Assembly (NCBI GenBank): GCA_002269645.1
Contig: NIVC01001089.1
Span: forward strand, 186,001 to 250,000
DNA: 64,000 bases
Direction: 5' to 3'
DNA from: Macrostomum lignano
Lineage: Eukaryota
Below are positions 24,511 to 48,002 of this stretch, in pieces. The number at the start of each line of letters is the position of its first letter. Position 1 is the first letter of the stretch. The notes below the pieces were generated by a model. It saw only the letters and a list, made by a program, of their open reading frames with translations, ran no database searches and was not told the origin of the DNA. A program made the translations under genes and the position numbers.

Positions 24511-25119
24511 TCTGGAAATAATACGAGTCAAATTGCCTTTGCCTGCAGCAGAAAATGAACATCCCCCCCCCCCTAGCAACACATTCCCACTGCTTCATGC
24601 TTGACTGTTGGCTTCAGCTGGCTGGCATTTTTAAAGGAATTGTTTAGCAGGCGCCTCGTACGTGTAGCGTTTTCATGGTTGACCAAAACATTTAATCCTA
24701 GCATTTGGTCTCGTCTTTAAACACAAGACTTCTCCAAAAGTTTACACCTGGTTTGCTGCAGATACCAGTTTATATTACATTCAAACCTCCAATAAACGAA
24801 AATATTGCTCAATTTTTGTTTCAGTCGCTTGTTTCGTTCTTTAGTTATCGATTTTTTTCTAAAAATGGTTGCTAGGGGTGAACCTAATTAATTGCATGCA
24901 TCTGTACATCATAATTAATTTTTCCAAAAAGCAGGTAAATATTTTACTCATCCTGTTGACTCATCCGTTTAGGAACTTATTTTAAATTTGAGGCCAGCAA
25001 TTATATTATATTTATAAATATTACTACATACAATATACTATTTATATACTTTACGAGCTACTGTGTACTTAAACATCTTCTTTATAACTTGAGACTGCAG
25101 AGCCAGATAGAGAATCTCG

Positions 25120-25265
25120 CGCATGACTGCGGGCCGGACGAAAGAGACAGGAAAGTGAATAGGAGAGAAAAGAGAGAGAGGAGAGGAGAGAAGAGAGCTA
25201 AGAAGAGACAAGAAGAGGGCCGGATACAGAAGCTTCCGTGCAGGCCGGAGTTCGCCGACCCCTGC
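25120..25265 (-). mobile_element. hAT (Charlie-type) MITE fragment
   Basis: Minus-strand start caggggtcggcgaactccggcc. The CT-rich interior is shared with 42497-42715 (tatccggccctc...ttgtctcttc...tagctctct). Confidence 0.55.
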
Positions 25266-25869
25266 TCCACAAGCTGAGAGTATGATATGTAAAGGAATTA
25301 AAGCTGTCATGGCTAAAAATAGCACAAGAGCATTCAGCATATAGGTATAGTTGTGTTTTATTGTTTTAGCCGTGAGGGTACGCCCAAATACGATATTCAC
25401 ACGAGTGCAAGAAGCTACTTCAGCAACAATTGTATACTGTACACCCATGTGTACACATGCATGTACACTCTTTTCAAAATGCACTCTCTTCTCTTCTCTG
25501 CGTGAAAGGATTTTTGTGTTGCAGCGCTCTGAGAGCTGGCGCTTAAAACAATTGAAGAGTGAAGAGTGAATTATACTCGTACATGTATATGTGCTGATGC
25601 TCGTACCTAATAACATAGCTCACTTCCAGCCAATATCAGTTATTGAAAAGCGGAAGTTCCTTGTTTTCTGAAAGTTCCTTCTTTGAGTTTTTTTAGAACA
25701 TTCACAAATACATACTGAACAGTCGTTTGGAGTGTATTGATTTGATTGGATTTGCAATTTTGTGAACGAATTTTTACACTTCTCACACGAATTCTTGAGT
25801 TTCTGCTTACCGTGGTGAGTAACTCTTAATAATGGTAGAATTACCACTATTCACATAGATTTGGGAAGT

Positions 25870-26160
25870 GTCATAACTCCGATACCCCAAAACCAAAATA
25901 GCTTTACGGTATTATGATATTTCGGGCTTGTGATATTTCAGGTTTTTGGCATTTCGGAATTGTGATATTTCATGATTGTGATATTTCATGATTGTTATGT
26001 TTAAGGTTTGTGATATTCGGGTTTGTGATATTTCGGGTTTGTGATATTTCGGGATTGTGATATTTCGGGTTTGTGATATTTCGGGATTGTAATATTTCAG
26101 GTTTGTGGCATTTCGGGTTTGTGATTTTTCAGGTTTGTGATATTTCGGGTTTGTGATACT
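25870..26160. repeat. Array of 15-16-bp GTGATATTTCGGGTTT subrepeats, same family as the 44009-44510 palindrome
   Basis: Shared motifs cataactccga and tgatatttcgggttt. Confidence 0.75.
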
Positions 26161-26334
26161 GCTAGTTATGAATAGGAAGTGCCTTAATTTCGGTGATGAG
26201 GTCTATTTTAATGATTTGTGGTCGGCCACTAAGAGAGGGTTAGGGCCGCTACACTCATTGGATTGATTTTTTTGTTAGCAACTTAATTTGAACTGAAAAA
26301 TGAATTCAATTTCACTGCATGCTAATGATACAAT

Positions 26335-26607
26335 TAATCATAATATTAATTGAGTACACCTGCCCAAATTGGGCCACATGTGCAACCGACAGCTCAGCCG
26401 CAGCTATTGCGCGGCGCATCTGAAGGCTGCGTACGGCTGTTCAGTCCAAGGACTGTGGGTCGCCACACAGCCTCAATTACCCCAGCTAATGCTGGTATCC
26501 ATTTTACAGCTGGGTAAAATGAAGCAATGCAGAGTCAAGTGTCTTGCTCAAAGACACAAATTGTTCCCGTGGGATCGGGAATCGAACCCCGACCTTCAAG
26601 TCGTAAG
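26335..26607 (-). mobile_element. CORE-like SINE, copy 2 (5' head truncated)
   Basis: Inverse homology to the other copies. B box retained (aatcgaaccc on the plus strand). Confidence 0.85.
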
Positions 26608-27504
26608 TCTCTACTCTAACCTAACCCTACAACAAAAACTGCATGCGGCAAATTGATGGGGGCGGGCTGTTTACAAGCTGGAAACTTTAAAATGAGAATT
26701 TATCGTCTTAGAATTTAGCAACAATAATTTTTTCGACATTGTGAAGTTTCGAGTTTGTCAAATTTCTATCTTTTTAAGTCTTACTGTCTTCGAGGAGGTG
26801 ATATTTCGAGATTGTAAAAACCCATCATTAACCCTAACCCTATAACATGCAATAGCGTTGGCAGTCAAATAGGCACAAGTCAAGTGTTGGTCTCCTGGCT
26901 ACACAAAAGCAGCAGCACAGAGATTCAAAATAAATTCCAATAAATTTCAGGCAACCGTTATTCGCCATTTTGTCACCGTGTGCATTGCTGTATGAAATTG
27001 GCAGCTCTTTCCTGCATCGGCTTATATTTACAGCTTTTGCAGCCTCCTCTGGCAGTTAATTTCTAATTCAGTTTATATTTTATTTTAAGTTTTAAGTTAA
27101 TAAATATAAACTATGAAAGCATCCAGCAGAAACTTGTGTTGTGCTAAATGTGTGACTTTTGAAAATTAACACACGGCGAACGAATGGCAGTCCCGTGCTG
27201 GTTTCAGCAGTGGCGTCTACCACTACTACCACGCGCGGGGGTGCAATTTAAAGATAAGCCCGTGCAATTATTTCAGCATTTTCAAAAACAATAAGAATTA
27301 TTTCGCGTACGTAGGAGGCCCAGCCCTCTCCGTTCCCTTCGCGCGGGCCCGGCTGCTTGTCCACCTCAAATCGTCATTTTCGTTTTTAAAAACAAACACG
27401 GCACCAAATACGCCTCTATCTCCGCTCTCCGCTAACTACACTTGTCTTTTCTCTGCAGCTGGCACAGGGGGAGAGAGAAATAGTCAGCCAGGAGGAGCTC
27501 CGAG

Positions 27505-27631
27505 CTCTTATCTGATTGGCTAGAAAACAGCACCCTTCCGCGCCCAGTTTTCCTTCCCTCTGCACTATCTGGAGGGCGCGCAGGCCTGTGAGTGTGCTGT
27601 GTGTACACGCACGTATAAATAGCTCTTATCA
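27505..27631 (+). promoter_or_regulatory. Candidate core promoter of the ETS-like gene
   Basis: TATAAATA at 27614-27621, inverted CCAAT at 27515-27519, GATA-type CTTATC sites near 27507 and 27625, about 180 bp upstream of the ATG. Confidence 0.5.
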
Positions 27632-27796
27632 GCGGCGGCGCCGGCGGGTGGCGAAGGTAATAGAGAACTACTAACCCTCCTTGTATACAAAAGGCGACTG
27701 CAGCGAGGGGGCGAGAAACAGAGAAAAAAGAACTAGTGTCCTAAATAAAAAAGGTTCTCAACAAGCAGTGTTACACCTGTAGACGCTATAGAGTAA

Positions 27797-29318
27797 ATGC
27801 ATTTTTCAGACATTGGAATCGGTCTACCTGAGATGGGCAAGTGGCGTCAGCAGCACCAGTTCGGCCTGCCTTCTATGTACGCCAACCCGATGGCTCCCAG
27901 CCAGCAGCCAGTCTGCCTGCTGCCGCCGCCGCCGCCGCTGCTGCCCCGGCCTGGACTGCGGTCCTGCTACAACGACCAAGACGACGAGCAGCACGAATAT
28001 CAGGAGCAGCAACAACTAGACGAGCCGTTAGACTATTCAATGAAATCTCTGGCCAGACAGCAGCCGCTGCCATCTCCTCCGCCGCCGTCGTCGATGTCGG
28101 CGTCGCCGTTGTCGATGGGCAGCGGCTCGGCGCCGGAGGAAGCTCCACGAGGTGGTAGCGGCGGTGAGTTGTTGCACAGGCTGAGGCACACGGTGCTGCA
28201 GCGGGGTCACCAGCGATCGGCATTTAGCAGTCTAGCCTTGTTGAAGCAGTCGCAAGCTTTGCCCATGCTGAAGGAGGCCGCGGCCAATTCATCGGCGGCA
28301 GCTAGCGGCGCATCGGCTGGGAAATCGGCGGTGAATCAGCAGCGACGGGGGACTGGGTCGATCACGGACTCCGAAGCCGATGCTAAGGCGGCTTATGCTG
28401 CCGATTGTATCAAGTCGCGACTTGGTGAGTGGCGAAGTCATGCTTTGGTTGTTTTTATGGGCCACGGGTGGGTAGGTGCAGGAGCTTCAGTGGGCCGCCG
28501 CTCCCTGAGGAAGTTATGGCGTGGTGGGTGCAGGGGTTTCAGTGAGCCGCCGCTCCACGAGGAAGTTTTGGGGTGGTGGGTGCAAGAGGGGTTTCAGTAG
28601 GCCGCCACTCCCTGAGGAAGTTTTGGGGTGGTGGGTGAACCGGTGAAGGGGTTTCAGTGGGCCGCCGCTCCCCTAGGAAGTTTTGGGGTGGTGGGTGAAG
28701 GGGTTTCAGTGGGCCGCCGCTCCAGAGAAAGTAGGGTATTGGCGGTTGGTATTCTGGACATTTAGGTTTCTTTGACTTCAAATTACTATGCTAATCGGTT
28801 TTCTTAAAACGCCCCCAATTCATAAAGACGGTTGCGGCAAGCGAGTGCACTTATTCCTGGGCATTCTGCTCCACTTCGGTATGCCGCCCGGACCGCACGG
28901 CGAGACATTTTTCGACCGGGTGATTTCCTTCAGCGACGAGCACAAGAATCTGAGCGACAGTCCTACTGCCTATTTTATGGTGCTCGATTCTAAACTGCTG
29001 GCCCTAATCTGGAGCAAGTTTAAGGGAAATTCTAGCAACGAATACAGCACTCTGACTAGGGCTATCAGGTAAGAAATTCAATCAATATTTATCAACCATC
29101 CAAGCAAATAAAATTTCTAGAAAATTGAAATTTTATGACTTTTGAAACATTATCTGACTGTTTCCAGGAGCACCCGGCAGAAATACCGGGGCATATTTGA
29201 GTCAGTAAAGAATCCTGGAAAAAAGCTTTACAAGTTTGGCCCAGTGGCGGTAGAGCAGTTCCGAAATCTGTTCCCGAGCAGCTACTCGAATTCCGCTACT
29301 GAGGCGGCGAACCAATGA
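27797..29318 (+). CDS. Divergent ETS-domain transcription factor (about 339 aa). Exons 27797-28424, 28828-29068, 29168-29318
   Basis: Two in-phase GT-AG introns. The C-terminal region reads VHLFLGILL...VISFSD...YFMVLDSKLLALIWSKFKGNSSNEYSTLTRAIR|STRQKYRGIFESVKNPGKKLYKFG and follows the ETS pattern (F-L-x-x-L-L, F-x-x-x-D, W...K, Y-x-x-L-x-R-A-x-R, YKF). The Pro/Gln/Ser/Ala-rich N-terminus contains PLDYS. Confidence 0.75.
28490..28725. repeat. Minisatellite, about 52-56-bp unit (4-5 copies) in ETS intron 1
   Basis: Unit gggccgccgctccctgaggaagttttggggtggtgggtg..ggggtttcagt. Confidence 0.88.
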
Positions 29319-30194
29319 AAAGACTCGAAAAGTCGTTTTGAAGGCCGATTGTCAGAAATCTTGAAACAATAAGATTCTGAATAAATTTCAAAGGAATAAC
29401 ATATTTAAGAACAGTTGAACCAGATCGGCCTTCAAAAGATTTTGGGAAGGCTATTGGCCATGAAACAAGCACCACAATTGATATACACAGCATTAGCTAA
29501 CATATTTCTAATCATAAAATCGTAAAACCGTTTTAGATATCATATATATATATATATATATTGATTGATTGATTGACAGTGGCGCTTTGGATATTAACGT
29601 CTAACAAAGCATTAATACCTCATATTTGAGCATGAGACCTATATCTTTCATTCCGTGTCGCATATCTCATTATAAAATGTTACTAATAAGACTTTATAAG
29701 GCTTAAACAAATTCCCCGTGTTCTCTCGACAGCCAATTTCAAATTCTAATAGCAGGCAAAAAAAACTTTTTCAAAAGCTTCTGTCAAAGACACGACATGT
29801 TTGATTTATTTAGCAGCTATTGTTATGCCCGTGTTGCCATGCAAATTTGTTTTGTAGAGACGTGTACAGTATTTGCATCATTATTGTCCGCATAGCTGAT
29901 TCCGATTGACTGATTGCCAAGCATTGAAGATGGTGATTCTACAAGAAATCGATTACCGTAGTGGGCAAAGCGAATCCTTGCACGAACTTGCTGCTTCATC
30001 TTTTAAGGAAGTGTATATTTATTACTGATGAATCAATTATTTTTGCTAACAAAAATAGAATTTTTGTGGCTAATTAATTTGCTCAAGGCAACTCAGCCCA
30101 GTGCTAATTTTGTTTAACAAAACTTCAAATCACTTGTGTTTGTTTTTTATTTGGAAACTCCTTTATTTAAACTCCTTAAGTTATTTTTCCGAAG

Positions 30195-30560
30195 CTTGAA
30201 ACTTCAGCTCGAAACTTCACAAGCTCGAAACTTCACAAGCTCGAAACTTCACAAGCTCGAAACTTCACAAGCTCGAAACTTCACAAGCTCGAAACTTCAC
30301 AAGCTCGAATCTTCACAAGCTCGAAACTTCACTAGATCGAAACTTCACAAGCTCGAATCTTCACAAGCTCGAAACTTCACTAGATCGAAACTTCACAAGC
30401 TCGAAACTTCACAAGCTCGAAACTTCACAAGCTCGAAACTTCACAAGCTCGAAACTTCACAAGCTCGAAACTTCACAAGCTCGAAACTTCACAAGCTCGA
30501 AAGCCACAAACTCGAAAGTTCATAAACTCGAAAGTTCATAAACTCGAAACTTCACAAGCT
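30195..30560. repeat. Minisatellite, 16-bp unit
   Basis: Unit aagctcgaaacttcac. Confidence 0.92.
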
Positions 30561-31914
30561 AGAAACTCCCAACTTGGTTTTCCATTTATAAAAATCATAT
30601 CTGCTTCTCATTTTCCAAGTTACAGGTAACTCTAAAACACTCGATCATTTTCTTTCAATATTTTCGAAATCGACAATCTGATTTAAATTGAAAAAAGAGC
30701 GCTAGTAAACCTAAGATTTTTTAGTTTCTTATAAACTGGTTTGTGGTTCTGCTGGTTTATCTGTTGGTTTATCTAGAGATTGGCGGTTGTTAAGGGAGAA
30801 AAAACTCTACCTGTGACTGAACGTACTGTACGGGTGATGTGGCGTGCATTAGTCAACTGTTCGGCTCTAAGAAATTGCAGCGGTTAAAAAAATGTACATG
30901 TGAATTGCAATCAGATAGGGCATGCAGATTATAACAGGCGCGGCACTGAGACTGATTAGAGAATCTCACGTTAAGCGTTTACAGGTGCAAGAATTCATGC
31001 AGTTCTGTGGTGCCAGTTCTGTGCAAACATTCTTTTGCATTTACCACCGCGGTAACGTCCGGGCCGCGGGACCCCGCGTGCGGACGGTAAATCCGCGGAT
31101 TTTCCGGCTATGTTGCACACATTATAGCGCAGGCTGCTTGTCGATGGCCATAGACTATATGATTCGCACAACCCCCCCCCCTCAGTGTTCAAGGCCATTA
31201 CCGTTTGTTTCCTCGCTTACACCTATGTATGTGCCGCATAACTTTGTATCCCGGCGTCTCATTTGATAAGCTATAGCTGCCCTGCGCGCTCAGGTATACA
31301 GATAGGCTTTAGACTCTGAGTCCAAAAACTTCTACTAGCCTTCTACTAGGGTTATAGAATAGCGACTCTGTATGGAAGACAGAAGGAAGTGCTTCATTTT
31401 TGTGAGTTGTCTGCGCTGCGCTCGACGAACGTAAGCTAGCTGCTGCATACTGTACATGTACGATTGTGCAAGCGAGCAGCACACACACTCCACTGCAGGT
31501 GTTGCTATTTTAGAACCTGATGCAATCACTTCAACTTTGCGCAAGTTCAAGGCTTAGACTCATTTTAATACTGATTATTTTTTTATTTTTAAAAATTGCT
31601 CTCATCCTTGTTGTATGCTTAAGCAATAAAACTTGAACCGCTTAAAATGAAGCGAAAATACACTGTAAATAGCAGACATTCTCTCTTGTAAATTTTGTTG
31701 CACATACAGCTTTAACAGAGAGACGGGAATTTCATAATTAAATTTCAAGGTGGAACTCTTCCGATTGTCTTTAGGGCTGCAGTATTAGGCTAGGCTGGCA
31801 GTCACAGCATCAAATGCAGCCATATTTTAACCGCCCACACAACAACTTGAGCACTCAAAGACGCTTTTTGCTTTGCTTTCCTTTTCAACCGGTATTTTTA
31901 TTGTCCGCATTCTT

Positions 31915-32230
31915 CTCCACCCTGACTCCCTGTTTCTCACCCTGCCTCTCCCTGTTTCTCACCCCGCCTCTCCCTGTTTCTCACCCTGACTCTCCCGGTT
32001 TCTCACCCTGACTCTCCCTGTTTCTCAACCTGCCTCTCCCTGTTTCTCACCCCGCCTCTCCCTGTTTCTCACCCTGCCTCTCCACGCTTCTCACCCTGCT
32101 TCTCCCTGTTTCTCACCCTGCCTCTCCACGCTTCTCACCCTGACTCTCCCTGTTTCTCACCCTGCCTCTCCACGCTTCTCACCCTGACTCTCCCTGTTTC
32201 TCACCCTGACTCTCCCTGTTTCTCACCTTC
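31915..32230. repeat. Minisatellite, 22-bp unit
   Basis: Unit tctcaccctgactctccctgtt. Confidence 0.9.
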
Positions 32231-32804
32231 CTCTCTGCCTCTCACTCCGCTTTCGGTATTTTTCTCATCTAATTCAGTGTGTCTGATATGAGAATTGCTC
32301 TCTTTATATCAAAATTCTGTTTTTCATCGTTTTCTCTATTCTAATAAAAGAACTCCGAATTCTCTCTCTGCCAATTCATTGAATTCAAAGGCATATCCTG
32401 TAGAATGGTCAATTTTAGCAAACAGTAGGCGGGTTAATCGTAGATTCACCTGTGCACCGCAGATTTGCATCCGTTGTCAAATTATTACGCTATATATACA
32501 TATGCGGCATCCGCGCTATTATATATAATTGCATATGATGACAACTCACGGAATCTCATTGCAGGGAAGTTAAAGACGAAGTACATGTAGTAAAGACGCT
32601 AAATTGAACACTCAGCTTTTTTAGAGCCGGGTAGGGAATGTATATGCTTAAACCACCGAATTCAAAGTCACTTTTCAGGTTATTGCCATATATTTTTATT
32701 TGCAGGATTTAATTAACGTGAATTTAATATATACTCCAGAACGCATCCCATAGCGTTGATTACGAGAGGTTTCGATCATGGACAATAAGTTCGGTAATAA
32801 ACCT

Positions 32805-33190
32805 TAAACCATGCACTTTAAAGCTCACTTTCAGGGAGGTTATTGACATATAGACTTTATTTTGAGGGATTTAATCGATTACTTTCCCGGACATATTGCA
32901 AGGATTATTGTATGTATCTAAATAAGCGAGCTTCTCTCTTCTCTTCCTTCGTGACTCGAGAAATTTCTTAATGAAATTTTGTCTAAGGTAAAAAGCCCCC
33001 ACACCCCGATCCCCAACTTCAACCATATAGACATACAAGTACTCGTATGTCCCCGGGATTTATTTGAATACATCCCGCAAAATTAAAGTAGTTTAAATAA
33101 GATATTCTATGGGTTTTTCGGTCGGTATTTCACTTAAGTCCCTCGGGCCGATTTAATCACATACCGACCTCAAACCCATAGAATATCTTA
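32805..33190. mobile_element. Unclassified dispersed repeat ending in a hairpin of about 95 nt; inverted copy at 42826-43160
   Basis: 32810-33135 is the reverse complement of 42826-43160. A 19-bp perfect stem taagatattctatgggttt/aaacccatagaatatctta surrounds a ccctcgggcc loop. Confidence 0.75.
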
Positions 33191-34184
33191 TACTTATAAT
33201 CTCGATTAACTCGAGTATATTATGTCCTTAATTCTACTGTCCTCGGGCCATTGCGTGGCATGATTCTCTTAATATAGCAAAGGTTGACTGCTCTGAATTG
33301 AACCATTGACCAGAACTTTTTAACATTTTGTGGCTGCATCAACTCTCTTAGCTCTCTCTGTCTCTCTCAGCGACCATAAAGCCGACCATTTATCCAGCAG
33401 CTGAGACAGTCTAGTCTAGTTCGTAGCTCAAATATAGAAAAAGGGTCGCCAGCTCGAGATTTGACTCATTGTTCTCGCTTGCACACTGCAGGCTAGGCGT
33501 CTTGTGAACTACCTATAGTCAGTCTATATTTGTTTTCTTTTATTCATTGTGCAACTCTCCTGAAGTTCTGATGCATACAAAAGCAAACTTGCTAGATCAT
33601 CCACTTGCAAATGCAAACTTCTTTTAGTAAAGGAAGTGCTATGTCCATATATTACTAAGCTTAAATATATTTCTGCAGTTCTTACTGGTCGAACCTGAAA
33701 TTCCGCGCATTCATGCGCATCTATTGTCGAAAATTATACACGAATCGTCGGTTGGTTGCCAACTATTTCGTTTTGATATGCTACTTACCGGCCGAATGAG
33801 CCTACTTATAGTAGTGCAAATGCAACAAAACAATAAGATTTGACTAGTTTACGAGTATTAGCTCCTTTGTAGCATTTTTGTTGGAATAACTACATTCTTG
33901 CTGATGTAGCCTACTCATAGTAGTGTAAATGCAAAAGGAGCATAAAACTGAAGACAGACGGTTTGCTTCACGTGAATTAATCAAACTATAAAAACTTTAT
34001 TACGACACCAAAATGAAATAAGAGAGTTTCATTTTTCAGCTGTTATTGTTGATTAATAAGGCAATAATTTAGGGCAATATTTCAGGCAATAGAAAAGGCA
34101 AGATCGTACCGTAGATGGCAAAGTTATGACTTATCTAAATTAGAAGGACAATGCGCTGAAGAATCAATCAGTTGATAGATAGGT

Positions 34185-45225
<11,041 letters not shown>

Positions 45226-48002
45226 AATTAAAAATCTGTAGACTATAGTCTAGTTATAAGATAGAAATTTCCTTGTGATGAATTATTCTAAGCCGAGTCA
45301 GTAAGTTGTAACTGTTATTCTGTTAAGCCTTCTCAACTGCGCTCTTCTGTTTCTTGTCTCTTTTGAAGCGCTTGCCTTTTGAAAAGAATGAGAGTGAAGG
45401 GTCAGTCAGTCAGTCACTGTCCTTCACTCTGGCTAAAGCCCGTTCACTCGCAGAGTAAAAGAAGATAGGATGACGGTTTAATTATAATTGACGAGAGCTT
45501 GCGGAGTCGGGGTCGGTAAAGAGAGATACGAGACGCGGAGTAGGGAGGTTTGGAAGAGGGGTTGGGGTAGGTTGGACTGCGGAGGGAGGGGGGGGCTGAT
45601 GGCCAACCAAGCTCACTGCTGCTCCAGTCCAGACTGTTAAATTTTGGCGTGGGCACGACGGGACGGGTCGTAATAAAACGTCAAATAAATTTATACACAG
45701 TCACGGCAGACTGGCAATTGTTATTGCTAAACGGAGCTTGAGCAGGGGGGGGGGGGGCTTGCCTTGCAATGCAATGCAAAAGAGAATGAATGAATGAAAG
45801 AGCGATCTTTTTAATAACTCGATTCTGCTCTCTCTGTGAACAGAGCGGCAAGCGGGTGGAGAGGGTGCTGACTGCTGTTGCTGGTTGGCTAAATAACAAA
45901 AGTGGCAGCTCTCAAAGGAAAATTATACCCATGCAACAAACACTAAGGCAGCTAAGCGGATTCTTCTTCTGACTTCTTGAAGTGTGCCGCCGTCTTTTGT
46001 AGGTTTGGATTGGGTTGGATTGACTGCCAATGCCAAGCCTGTCTGTCTCTTTAGTCTTTACGGTTTTCAGACTGGCCGCTTAAAGCTGACTGCAGGTTTA
46101 GTTATGCCGGCGGCCCGTATATATAATTGGTTTCCCCCTTGTGGGTGGCGAGTGGCAGGCACAAAATCTCTCTTGTTTTGTCTGGACCCGGACCCCGGTT
46201 GGGGTTGGGAGAGTGCGCCAGCCGGGCATTGGAGAGTCCGGGGTCCCTTCTTTACCCCCACCCCACTCCCCGGGGGTTGAGGCGGTTGAAAAAGTCACAC
46301 AATCGCAAGTTAAACCTCAGCGGGGGGGCATATTATAAGAACGGTTATATAGCATAGTATGAATAATAGTCCAAGTTATACAAAACCACTACAACAAAGC
46401 TTACAGGACACCGGTTACATTATGTTTTTTTACTTCAAACTCAAGACATTTAGAGAATTAATAACAGAAATACGCTGACTAGACTAATGTAATGCTTTAC
46501 AGGAATTTCTTTTCGAAGCGTTGGATACCCCTTTTTTATTCTAAGCAAGCTACAAATCAATAAATCATGCTGATATTTAATACCTTATATTTAAATGCAT
46601 ATTCCGAAATACAAACTACTATAAGTAGACGAAGGAGACCGTAAGGACTATAATTTATATTAGGCATTTAATCTGCTGCTGCAGATCACTTTGTATTCAT
46701 TAAGGGAATTAAGAAAGGATAATTAGGAACAAGAAGAAGTCGACAATCTGAACGCGTATTAACCACCTGCGTGAGTTTAGCACACAGCAGAATTTTATGC
46801 AACGGCTGCTCTTGATGCAAGCAAATGTTTTGTTTTCAATGGACATTTATTTTTCCAAGGTAACATTGAAAGTGAAACAAATTAAACAGTCAATTTTTTT
46901 CTAATTTTATTTTCGACACAAAAATATGGTTTTTATTGTATATGCATAAGAATAATTAACATATGCCTGCTCTATGTATTACCTTCTAATCGGCTAATGG
47001 GCAGACATTGAAAGGTGAACACACCAAGGCGGCAGCAAACTTCAAACTGAATTAGCCGGGAAAAGCAAAATAAGACAAGACAAAGCAATTGTTCAGCTAG
47101 TGCAGCCAGTAGAAAAAGCGCATATAGCACGTAACTAAGCGCATGAAAGCTAAAGAGACAGAGATGAAACTGCGCCTCACGGGTCAGCAGATTAAGGAAT
47201 GAGCTAAATCTATAATTAGCCAAATAATTAGACAATAAATCAACAAGTAAAATTTTGATTTCTCACTTTCTTATTAATAAAGCGAAATAGTAGAAAAACT
47301 CAAAGCCTAGTAATGATTACATCCGATTGGAATGGCCAAAATGCCTTGAATAAATTTTTACATATTATAAGAATAATTAAAGGAACAAAACTGTGTGTTT
47401 AAATAAATAAAATAGAATAAAACAAACCAATTACAGGTGCAAAGCAAGCAAAATGTCGGACAACAGCACAGTTCCCAAGAAAAGAAGAGTCAAAATCAAC
47501 AGACTGAAAATTTTTCTCCATAGAATCAAACACAGACAGCTGATTGGTTGCAACAGACTTGGACACGCGGCACAAGTTGAGAGGCATCCAATCGTACAGT
47601 AAAGAAAAAAACAGAAACTGCAACAACAGTTCCATTAATCAAGGTAATAATTAGTAAGTTATTTAATTATTTTTTATAAGTCCGATTCTGCAAACAAGGA
47701 AAGAAAAGAACACACGTTACGTAACTTAATTATATTGAAGTTGTACTTTTGTATATACTACTTACTTGCTAAGTAGATCGATTTTTTGGTCTTGAACCAT
47801 CTATTTATACTACTTAGTGGTACGAGTAATACGTAGGGTGAACGATTATAATTCTTGAAACAGTTGACGCTGTTAAGCATGCATGAACTGGATGTAAATA
47901 TTAAATAACTAATTATTGTGGCCATATTAATTAGTAGAATAAAAATTACACACTGAGCTGCTATTACAATCAATATAATCATAATTATGAATAGTTATTA
48001 AA

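Noticed and set aside
25038-25847. ORFs of 62-192 aa
   Set aside because: They overlap a MITE fragment and AT-rich DNA, use alternative starts and show no coding character.
30922-31266. 114-aa ORF with a GC-rich core
   Set aside because: No motif, splice context or repeat partner; unresolved but unsupported.
33096-33190. Hairpin of about 95 nt as a candidate pre-miRNA
   Set aside because: The arms are parts of a dispersed repeat (also at 42826-42872) and there is no small-RNA evidence.
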